A stretch of DNA of 64,000 nucleotides from an uncultured Verrucomicrobiae bacterium (lineage in GTDB: Bacteria > Verrucomicrobiota > Verrucomicrobiia > Limisphaerales > Palsa-1400). The notes beneath the pieces were generated by a model. The model was not told the origin of the DNA, did not search any database, and worked only from the letters and a program-made list of their open reading frames with translations. Shown here piece by piece: positions 49,772-57,648 of this stretch. Each line of letters starts with the position of its first letter. Positions within the stretch are counted from its first letter, which is position 1. The stretch is taken from positions 96,001 through 160,000 of the forward strand of contig CAVPOM010000016.1 of the NCBI GenBank assembly GCA_963707025.1, read 5' to 3'. Position numbers and translations under genes: made by a program.

Positions 49772-49937
49772 GGTTCGACTCCGTTTTTAGCCCAAGGCGC
49801 CGGGCAGTTCCAGCGAAAACTAATTGCCGTGGGCGGCGAAAAGCAAGGCGTCATCCCTCCGCCGTCAAAGCCCGTGCCGCGGCCGTTGCGGTTTTGGGGG
49901 GAGGCCGCCGGCATAACAGGTGCGAGCTGCACAGAGA

Positions 49938-49965
49938 TTGACACTCCTCCGCCACCAGTTAAGGT
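49938..49965 (+). promoter_or_regulatory. Sigma70-type promoter, leaderless geometry
   Basis: TTGACA-N16-TAAGGT ending 7 nt before ATG 49973. Confidence 0.6.
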
Positions 49966-49972
49966 GCTGGAT

Positions 49973-51064
49973 ATGACTACTAAGATCAACCGCCGAACCA
50001 CCCTCGTTTTGGGCGCGGCAGTCATCGCGCTGCTCCCAGCCATGGTCGTGGCCCAAGTCCCGGCCGACCTTGCGTCCAAGAAAGACTTCTCGGCCGGGCG
50101 AGCTTCGAGCACCGACCCCAACGGACGAAACGGCGACTCCCGGCGCATCAATCCCGGCCAGACCCTCACGCTGATGGATGTCAAAGGCAGCGGACGGGTC
50201 ACGCACATTTGGTTTACCATCAATTCACCTTCCCCGGAACACCTGCGGGAACTGGTGCTGCGCATGACCTGGGACGACGCGGCCCGTCCGGCGGTGGAGT
50301 GCCCGGTCGGCGACTTTTTCGCCCAAGGACACGGGAAGTATGTCGAGTTCCAGAGTGCGGCCGTGGTGGTCGGCGCGCGCAATGCCCTGAACTGTTACTG
50401 GCCGATGCCCTTCAAAAAGCATGCCGTGCTCACGGTGGCCAACGAGGGCGAGCGAGGTGTGAATAATTTTTATTTCAACATTGACTATCGGTTGGAACAG
50501 GATCCACAACCGGAGGCGCGCTATTTTCACACCCAGTATCGCACCTACTTTCCCGCCCCCGTCGGCCAGCCGCTGACGATATGCGAGACCAAGGGCGCCG
50601 GCCATTTCGTGGGCACCTTCATCTCGGTGATGGCCAGCAGCGACGGCTGGTGGGGCGAGGGCAATGATTACTGGCATGTGGACGGTTCGGAGAAACCGGT
50701 CATTAGCGGCACGGGGAGCGAGGACTACTTCTGCGGCGCGTGGGATTTTGGCCGGGCGTTTTGGAACCCCTATTTCGGCGTGCCCTACTACGACAACGCG
50801 GGCAAAGGCGGCGAGAAACGAGGCATCTTGAACACCTGCTACCGTTGGCACATCCAGGACCCTGTGCCGTTCAAACGGAGTCTCCTCTTTACGCTGGAAC
50901 ACGGGCGGAGCGGTTGGGACGAAAACCGCAAACCGTTTCCGAACCATTACACCACGCTCGGTTTCTACTACCTGGACAATCCGGAAGGCGATGGCCCGCC
51001 CATCCCTGCCCTCAAGGACCGCATTCCGGTGCTCATACCCCTTCCGCTTGAACAACCGAAATAG
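49973..51064 (+). CDS. DUF2961 / GH172-family glycoside hydrolase, secreted
   Basis: Signal peptide; G.VTHIWFT, P.GDFF, NCYWPMPF, YFH, WWGEG, GTGSEDYF, YRWHIQDP, EHG. Confidence 0.88.
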   Translation: MTTKINRRTTLVLGAAVIALLPAMVVAQVPADLASKKDFSAGRASSTDPNGRNGDSRRINPGQTLTLMDVKGSGRVTHIWFTINSPSPEHLRELVLRMTWDDAARPAVECPVGDFFAQGHGKYVEFQSAAVVVGARNALNCYWPMPFKKHAVLTVANEGERGVNNFYFNIDYRLEQDPQPEARYFHTQYRTYFPAPVGQPLTICETKGAGHFVGTFISVMASSDGWWGEGNDYWHVDGSEKPVISGTGSEDYFCGAWDFGRAFWNPYFGVPYYDNAGKGGEKRGILNTCYRWHIQDPVPFKRSLLFTLEHGRSGWDENRKPFPNHYTTLGFYYLDNPEGDGPPIPALKDRIPVLIPLPLEQPK

Positions 51065-51072
51065 AACCATGA

Positions 51073-51276
51073 GTGAAAACTGATTCTCCCTTGCGCGAAA
51101 ACTTCTGCCCGGACTGCAAAGACGAGGGCGAGGTGGTTGCTTCCTGGGGCGAGGCTCGGTTGGTCAAGTCCTCGGACGGCAAACTGGAACGGAAAGAAGG
51201 ATCGAAGGAGGAACACGTGGAGGCGAGGGAATGGATTTCGATGTTCCGGCATGAGGCGGTGGTCATGGAGGTTTGA
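51073..51276 (+). CDS. Small hypothetical protein (..AREWISMF.HEAVV)
   Basis: 67-aa ORF; its 3' end is repeated at ~53403-53450. Confidence 0.6.
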   Translation: MKTDSPLRENFCPDCKDEGEVVASWGEARLVKSSDGKLERKEGSKEEHVEAREWISMFRHEAVVMEV

Positions 51277-51315
51277 TGAATTGCCGACAACGATTCAAAC
51301 GTCGAATCGAATGTC

Positions 51316-51400
51316 CTGTGCGGCCGCGGAATTCACGATATCATCGGCGCCTGCTGCGGGAGCACGCCGGAGCGTACACGGGCGATTCGGGTGATCGTGG
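51316..51400 (+). pseudogene. C-terminal remnant of a homocysteine S-methyltransferase domain
   Basis: DIIGACCGSTPERTRAIR (51337-51390) resembles the Zn-binding IIGGCCG.TPEHI.AI motif. Confidence 0.75.
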
Positions 51401-51430
51401 ACTGCTTCAATCAAGCAGGCAGACAAAACA

Positions 51431-52433
51431 ATGAACTCGCGAGAACGCGTGCTCAATCTGATGGAGGGCAAAGCGGTGGACCGCCCCCCGGCCATGCCCA
51501 TCACCATGATGTGGAGCGCCGATTTGATCGGCGTCAGTTACCGCGACTACGCGACGCGCGCCCCAATCCAGGCGGCCGGCCAATGCGCCGCCGCGGGCCA
51601 GTTTGGTTTTGACCATGTTCTCGGTCATTTCCGACCCGTGCTGCGAAGCAGCCGACTTGGGGGCGGACATCTTTTATCCTCCGGACGCCCCGCCCGCCAT
51701 CATTGAGAAGAACGCTTTGCTGGCCGACCCCGCCGCTTTGGGCGCCTTGCGTGTTCCCGACCCGCACCGCCCTGGCAGCCGCATGGCCAACCGCATTGCG
51801 GCCGTGCGCCTTCTGCGCCATCAACTCGGCGGCACGCACCTGATCGAGGGCTGGGTGGAAGGGCCATGCGCCGAAAGCGCCGACTTGCGAGGCATCAACA
51901 CCATCATGATGGACTACTACGACGATCCGGATTTCGCCCACGTTTTGGCGGAGTTCACCGTGAAGGTCGCTTTGAGATTTGCCGCCGCGCAGATCGGGGC
52001 CGGGGCGGACATCATCGGCGTGGGCGACGCCGCCGCCTCGCTGATCAACCGCAAGCTTTACGATCAGTTTGTCCTGCCGCACGAGAAGCAACTGGTGGAC
52101 GGGATTCACGCCGCGGGCGGCCGGGTGCGGCTGCATATCTGCGGGCGCACGCAGCATCTGGCGGCTGCCATGGCAACGCTGGGTTGCGAGATCGTGGATT
52201 TGGACAGCATGGTGGACCTGCGCGCGGCCCGGGCCGAGATGGGCGGCCGCCAAGTGCTGCTGGGCAACGTGCATCCGGTCAACGCGGTCAAGAACGGCAC
52301 GCCGGAGGACGTGAGCCAGGCGCTGGCCAAATGCCGCGCCGAGGCCGGGCCGGCCTGGATCGCCGGGGCGGGCTGCGAAGTGCCCCGGCATTCCCCGGCG
52401 GATAACGTGCGCCGTTTCACCCAAGTGGTTTGA
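51431..52433 (+). CDS. URO-D superfamily (MtaA/CmuA-like) cobamide methyltransferase, frameshift ~51619
   Basis: MNSRERV..DRPP; removing one T restores DHVSVISDPCCEAADLG; VEGP, GADIIGVGD, LHICG, GNVHP, GCEVP. Confidence 0.88.
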
Positions 52434-52445
52434 ACCGGCTTTCCG

Positions 52446-53081
52446 TCAAGCCTTGCCTTGCAGCAGCGCCAAGGCCGCGTCCACCGCGCTGCCCGCGTCC
52501 GGCGCATAGCCGTCCGCGCCGATTTCACGGGCAAACTGCGGCGTGATGGGCGCGCCGCCGATCAGCACCTTGACCGCCGGCCCCGTGTCGCGGATGGCCT
52601 TGACAATGTCGCGCATGGCGGGCATGGTCGTGGTCAGCAGCGCCGACAAACCCACCAGGCTGGGTTGGTGTTGTTTGACAGCTTCGACAAACCGGGCCGC
52701 CGGCACGTTGACCCCAAGGTCAATCACCTCGATGTTCGCCCCCTTCCACATCATGGCCACCAGGTTCTTGCCAATGTCGTGCAAGTCGCCTTCCACCGTG
52801 CCGATGACCGCGCTGTGTTCGGGCCTCACACCGGCAGCCGCGAGCAGCGGCTCCAATATTTTGAGCGCCTCCTTCATCGCGCGGGCGGCGATGAGCATAT
52901 CGGGGACGAAGAACTCGTTGCGCTTGAACTTCTCCCCGACCGCCGCCATGCCGGGCACGAGGCGGTTTTCAACGATGTCGCCCGCCTTCTCCCCGGCATC
53001 GAGGCACTGTTGGATGAGGCCGGCAACGTCTTTGCGTCGTCCGGCTATAATGGCCTGCGCGAGCGGATGGTCTTCGTTCAT
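52446..53081 (-). CDS. Corrinoid (B12-binding) protein
   Basis: Cap domain GM..VGEKF...FVPDML; GTVEGDLHDIGKNLV (DxHxxG), GLSALLTTTM, IGGAP, GADGY. Confidence 0.95.
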   Translation of the reverse strand: MNEDHPLAQAIIAGRRKDVAGLIQQCLDAGEKAGDIVENRLVPGMAAVGEKFKRNEFFVPDMLIAARAMKEALKILEPLLAAAGVRPEHSAVIGTVEGDLHDIGKNLVAMMWKGANIEVIDLGVNVPAARFVEAVKQHQPSLVGLSALLTTTMPAMRDIVKAIRDTGPAVKVLIGGAPITPQFAREIGADGYAPDAGSAVDAALALLQGKA

Positions 53082-53172
53082 ACCAAGGAGAAGGTTGGCG
53101 CTGTGCGGTGATCAGGTCTTGTAACCCGGTCATGGGGCCGGTGCTCCGGCAGCCGGATGGCGGGTAAATTGT

Positions 53173-53259
53173 TCATGGCGGCATTAGAGGCCCGCTGTAA
53201 CGATCCTCGAAGCCGTCGGCGAGGTTGATCTCGATGACCTCGACCTGCGCGCGCAGCCA
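53173..53259 (-). pseudogene. Possible C-terminal remnant of a RACo/ASKHA corrinoid reductive activator
   Basis: WLRAQVEVIEINLADGFEDRYSGPLMPP* directly upstream of, and on the same strand as, the corrinoid gene. Confidence 0.5.
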
Positions 53260-53402
53260 GTGTGATGGAGGCCGCCCGCAGCGGCCGGTTGGCGTCTGAA
53301 GCAGCCGCCGTGCAGCCCTCCAAGACCAGCGAAAGCAACCGCGTCGCCAACAGGGGTTTCATGCCTCGGTGCTTACCATGCTTGCGCCGACATCGCAAGA
53401 GG

Positions 53403-53450
53403 GGAGAAGCCAGGGAGTGGCTCTCCCTGTTCTGGCATGAGGCGGTGGTG
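53403..53450 (+). repeat. Second, 3'-only copy of the 51073 small gene
   Basis: gaagccagggagtggctctccctgttctggcatgaggcggtggt (EAREWLSLFWHEAVV) versus 51220-51263 (EAREWISMFRHEAVV). Confidence 0.75.
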
Positions 53451-53603
53451 GCATTTCAAAGCAGAGAATCCTGGAATGATCGCAACTTTGTGGAGAGGCC
53501 GAAAGGTTGGAAGTTGAGCGTCAACTCTCAATAGGCCGCCAACTTCGCAGAACTATATTGTCGCGACTGGTTTTAACCTGGCTGCTCGCATTTATTTGGC
53601 CGA

Positions 53604-54281
53604 ATGAACCAAACTCTCTCGCGAAATCTCCTGCTTCCGCTGTTAGCCTTGTGGCAACTGGCCGCGGCACATGCGCCCGCCCAAACGACCAATTCCCGGC
53701 CCTTTGAAGCGGAAATCCTGGCCTTCGAAGCGGCGGACAAAACCAACCCGCCGCCGCACGGCGCCATTTTGTTCACCGGCTCTTCCAGCATCCGCAGGTG
53801 GACCACGCTGGCGCAGGACTTTAAAGGGCACAAAGTCATCAATCGGGGGTTTGGCGGGTCCCAAATCAGCGACGCGGTTTATTACGCCGACCGCATCGTC
53901 ATTCCTTACCGGCCGCAGAGGATTGTGTTTTTCGCCGGCTCGAATGACCTTGATGCCGGGAAAACCCCGGAGCAGGTTTTCAAGGATTTCAAAGCCTTGG
54001 TGCAAAAGGTCCGCCTGGCGTTGCCCAAAGTCGAGATGGATTACCTCTCCATCACCACCAGCCCGTTGCGCTGGCATGAGGTGGAACAGGTCAAGAAGGC
54101 CAATGACCTCATTTCCTCCTGGATAATCGGGCAGGACCATCTCACTTTCATCAATGTGTTCCCCGCCACGCTGGGAGAGGACGGCCAGCCCAAGCCTGAG
54201 TTTTTCCTCGCGGACAGGCTCCACATGAATGCGAAGGGCTACGCCCTCTGGACCAAGATAATTGAGCCTTATTTGAAGTGA
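53604..54281 (+). CDS. SGNH/GDSL hydrolase, secreted
   Basis: FTGSSSIR.W, NRGFGGS, AGSND, DRLH. Confidence 0.92.
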   Translation: MNQTLSRNLLLPLLALWQLAAAHAPAQTTNSRPFEAEILAFEAADKTNPPPHGAILFTGSSSIRRWTTLAQDFKGHKVINRGFGGSQISDAVYYADRIVIPYRPQRIVFFAGSNDLDAGKTPEQVFKDFKALVQKVRLALPKVEMDYLSITTSPLRWHEVEQVKKANDLISSWIIGQDHLTFINVFPATLGEDGQPKPEFFLADRLHMNAKGYALWTKIIEPYLK

Positions 54282-54318
54282 AAAGCACCACCTTTGCGCT
54301 GCCGGTCCATCCAGCCTT

Positions 54319-55992
54319 TCACGGCTTTGCCGGTATCGCTGGCGCAAGTCCAGCCCGCCAAGTCGCATAACGCTGCAGCACCGCTTGTGGGGCGCCGTTG
54401 TACCAACTGTACCCGCGGCGGCGTTCCACCGAGATTTCGCTCATGGCGTCGTGAATGGTCTTGTCGCGGTCCCCGAAGAGCGGCCGATCTGTGCCAATCT
54501 CGGCAAAGCGCGGCCAGATCGGTCCAGCTCCGGGGGCGGCTTCCAGCACCCGCCCTTCGCTGGGAGAAACGCGGACCGCCATGCCATAGATGGCGGTCTT
54601 CTTGAGCCAGGCGGCGGCGCCGTCCACCGACGCGATCATCGCGGCGTCCGGGTTGGGCAGCGACATGAGAAAGCTCATCACCTGGGCGCTTTCCGAGCTG
54701 ACTGCGGCGGGCATTTCGTAATTGCGCCCGGAAGCGGGCGTCAAGGTCAGCGCGTTGTGCTGTTGACACCAAACCGTCAGCCGCCCTTGCACACGAATTT
54801 GCGCGGCCAGGGTGCATTGGACGCCCCGGTCCAAACTGTCCTTGGCCAGATGGCGGGTTTGCACCGGCACGAAGGCAAATTCATTTTGCCCGCCGCCGAT
54901 GTCGCGTAATAATTCCATGGTGTGGAGCACCGCTCCATCATTAAATGTGACAGTATCATGGTAGCCGCCTTGCAGCGGCCAGACTTGCGGCCAGCCACCG
55001 TTGGGGAATTGCGCCGCCAGAATGTAATCCACGCCGCGCAAAAATGAGGCCCGCCATTTTTTGGCCTGATCCGGCGAACCGGGCATGGCGGTCTTGGCGA
55101 GGAAGCGCATTTGCGTGGTGGTGGCGTCGTTGTCGAACGTCCCCACGTAATCCCAATTGGTATCGCGGGGCAGGTCGAAATCCGTGGGATTGCTGAAGCG
55201 CGAAAGATTATTGGGGGCAAAATGCCCGCCGGGAGCGCGCGGGCCGCGGGAAAAGTCGAGGTTCTTGCTCCAGCCGCCTGCCGGGGTCTGGAAGGAAACA
55301 ACATTGTCGGCCAGAAATTGGGCGTTGCTCGCGCCGTACCAGGCGGCGTCTCGATTGAGTGGAAGGCTGCGCGCGGAACCGCCGGAGGGAGGCAGGACTG
55401 CTTCTTTTAAGCCTGACTGTTTCAACTCCCTGGCCAGAAAGTCCTGGTCCGCGCGCATCTGCCGGTTGGAGCGATCGAGATATTCTTTCCAGGCGCCTTG
55501 TTGCGCCGGCGGCAGGGTGGCGATGGTGGCGGGCGCGATTTCCTGCGCCGGGGTGTTGGTGCCGACGATGGCGGCGGGCAGAGGCGGTGCGGCCAGCCAC
55601 ATCGCGGCGCTCGCGAGAGCGCCGACTGAAGCCGCGTGCAACCAGCGGACGACAAATGCGGTTCGGCATCTCCAACGGCCCACGGCAAAAAGTCCATCGC
55701 CAAGGGACAAACACCCGGCCGGATTTCCCGAAGAACCTATTGACGTCCAGCAAGGACGGTCAAATGCCAACTGGGGTCGGCTCCCTTTTCCCCGCAACGC
55801 CGGGAGAGGGATAGGCAGAGGGGCCCGATGGCGCTGAATCCGTGAGTTTGTCTTCGCCTCGTTTTGCGAAAACCCCTCTCTCCGGCTCTCTCCCCGCCGG
55901 CGGGGAGAGAGGGAAGAAATCGGCGCAATGTTAGTTGGACGCAAATGCGACGGCCAGGGAGCGAAAGCCCTGAATGAGGTTTTTGCGTTCAT
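54319..55992 (-). CDS. pelA: Pectate lyase, PL10 (start uncertain: 55992 or ~55683)
   Basis: QTPAGGWSKN, TFDNDAT, AQFPNGGWPQ, TFND, WCQQH, RNYE, WPRF, ERRRGYSWY. Confidence 0.92.
   Translation of the reverse strand: MNAKTSFRAFAPWPSHLRPTNIAPISSLSPRRRGESRREGFSQNEAKTNSRIQRHRAPLPIPLPALRGKGSRPQLAFDRPCWTSIGSSGNPAGCLSLGDGLFAVGRWRCRTAFVVRWLHAASVGALASAAMWLAAPPLPAAIVGTNTPAQEIAPATIATLPPAQQGAWKEYLDRSNRQMRADQDFLARELKQSGLKEAVLPPSGGSARSLPLNRDAAWYGASNAQFLADNVVSFQTPAGGWSKNLDFSRGPRAPGGHFAPNNLSRFSNPTDFDLPRDTNWDYVGTFDNDATTTQMRFLAKTAMPGSPDQAKKWRASFLRGVDYILAAQFPNGGWPQVWPLQGGYHDTVTFNDGAVLHTMELLRDIGGGQNEFAFVPVQTRHLAKDSLDRGVQCTLAAQIRVQGRLTVWCQQHNALTLTPASGRNYEMPAAVSSESAQVMSFLMSLPNPDAAMIASVDGAAAWLKKTAIYGMAVRVSPSEGRVLEAAPGAGPIWPRFAEIGTDRPLFGDRDKTIHDAMSEISVERRRGYSWYNGAPQAVLQRYATWRAGLAPAIPAKP
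55781..55913. repeat. Inverted doublet of CCCTCTCC-type palindromes
   Basis: ctcccttttccccgcaacgccgggagagggataggcagagggg (55781-55823) and cccctctctccggctctctccccgccggcggggagagaggg (55873-55913). Confidence 0.75.
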
Positions 55993-56013
55993 AAAATATT
56001 CTCAAGGCCCTTT

Positions 56014-57336
56014 CTACCGCGCTGGCGGTGAGGCGGGCACCCCGCGCGCGGGCGGCGGCGTGTAGGGTGCGGCGGAGTCAAGGCCGGCGCCGGTCACGTC
56101 ATTGGTGGCGACGAGCGGGCCGGTCAATCCGGTCACGCTCAAGCCGCTCAACCGGACATTGCGGACGTGTTGCAGGGAGATGCCGTGGCTGCATTGGCCG
56201 GTTATATTTTCCAGGATCAGGCCGTCCAGCGGCTTTTCGACCGGAATCTGCGTAACGTCCGCCAGGGTGCCGCCCGCCACGCGAATATTGGAAAACTGGA
56301 AATTCCGGCCCTCGGGAATGCCGGGCAATCCGTCCACTGGATCGTCGGCGGTGTTTCTGTTGCCGGCGCTGGCCAGGTTAATGCGGAGAAAGTTGCCCGA
56401 CGAAATCTCCAGATCGTCACCGATGATGTTCTCGTTGACACCGGCGCGGCCGATTCGTGATTTGACGTAAATGGCAAAGGAGCGCGGCGCGCTCAGTTTG
56501 CAATGCTCGATGCGCACGTTGCGCACACCGGCGGAAGTTTCACTGCCAATGCCGATGCAGGCAAAGGTGCGGCAATTCAAAGTGCAGTTTTTGATCAGGA
56601 CGTCTTCCGTTGGTTTTGCAATCCGCGCGCCGTCCAGGCCGCGACCGGATTTAAGGCTGATGGAGTCATCGCCGGTATCCAGATGGCAGCCTTCCACGCG
56701 GACGTTTTTGCAGGAATCAATGTCAATGCCGTCGCGGCTGCCGCGGATTTGGAGGTTGGTGATTTCGACATCTGAGCAGTAGGTGGGGTGGGCCGCCCAG
56801 TTGCCCCCCTGGCTGACGCTGAAACCTTCCCAACGGAGGTCCTGGCACGAAATCGGTTCGAGCACGACCGAGCCGCGCGGGTTCTGCGGAGCGGCGACGC
56901 CGGGATTTCCTTCGATGCGGCCGGGGCCAATGATGCCGGTATGATCCACGTTGGCCGAGTAAATCAGGGCGCGCCGTCCGGGTTGCCAGCGGCCCTCCCA
57001 GCGGATGTCCATCGTCGGATAATCCGCCGCATCCGGACTGCCGACGAGGATGCTCTCGGGCTGGAGGCGGAGGATCGTGCGGTTGCCCATCTGGATGCTG
57101 CCTATCAGATACCTGCCCGCAGGAACGACGACTTCACCGCCGCCGGAAACGGCACAAGTATCGAGAGCTTTTTGAAAGGCGGCGGTGTCCTTGTTGGTGC
57201 CGTCGCCGACCGCGCCAAAATCGCGGACGCTGAAAGATCGGGGCGTCTGAGCTGTCAAGGGCAAAGGGCGCACCACGAGCAAGGCAGCCAGTGCGGACAC
57301 AGCAATTCGCACAGAGAGATAGGTCGGCTGGCTCAT
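56014..57336 (-). CDS. GH28 polygalacturonase-family glycosidase
   Basis: VRDFGAVGDG..DTAAFQKA, DGIDIDSC, GDDSISLKSG, IGSE, KSR.GR. Confidence 0.9.
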   Translation of the reverse strand: MSQPTYLSVRIAVSALAALLVVRPLPLTAQTPRSFSVRDFGAVGDGTNKDTAAFQKALDTCAVSGGGEVVVPAGRYLIGSIQMGNRTILRLQPESILVGSPDAADYPTMDIRWEGRWQPGRRALIYSANVDHTGIIGPGRIEGNPGVAAPQNPRGSVVLEPISCQDLRWEGFSVSQGGNWAAHPTYCSDVEITNLQIRGSRDGIDIDSCKNVRVEGCHLDTGDDSISLKSGRGLDGARIAKPTEDVLIKNCTLNCRTFACIGIGSETSAGVRNVRIEHCKLSAPRSFAIYVKSRIGRAGVNENIIGDDLEISSGNFLRINLASAGNRNTADDPVDGLPGIPEGRNFQFSNIRVAGGTLADVTQIPVEKPLDGLILENITGQCSHGISLQHVRNVRLSGLSVTGLTGPLVATNDVTGAGLDSAAPYTPPPARGVPASPPAR

Positions 57337-57648
57337 GGAGCATGACGAAGCTGAATCAATTCGACAGGAAAGTCAAGTTTTGCCCAACAGTATCAGCCAA
57401 AGTATGACGCCTCGGGTGTTGAATACCGGCAATGGAATTAGTGCTGAGAACAACTTGACCGCAGCGGCCGGAAGTTGTATCTTGCGCGCCAATTTCCTGA
57501 TTGCCATGACAACTTTGGTCCATGTCTGCTTCGCCGGGTTTCAGACGAAGTGCTCGCCCCCAACCCCGGCGCGGCGACGAAAAGTGTGCGGTAACCCGTG
57601 TCGTCTGCCCAACGCGTAAACCACTAACATAAACAAGGAACCCAGGCC

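Noticed and set aside
49772..49782. GGTTCGACTCC T-loop-like sequence
   Set aside because: No cloverleaf around it; it abuts the GIY-YIG start codon.
53082..53400. Cobalamin riboswitch upstream of the corrinoid gene
   Set aside because: No B12-box seen; the region is better explained by coding remnants.
57480..57648. Long 5' leader as a riboswitch
   Set aside because: No consensus of a known riboswitch recognisable by eye; needs an Rfam/Infernal search.
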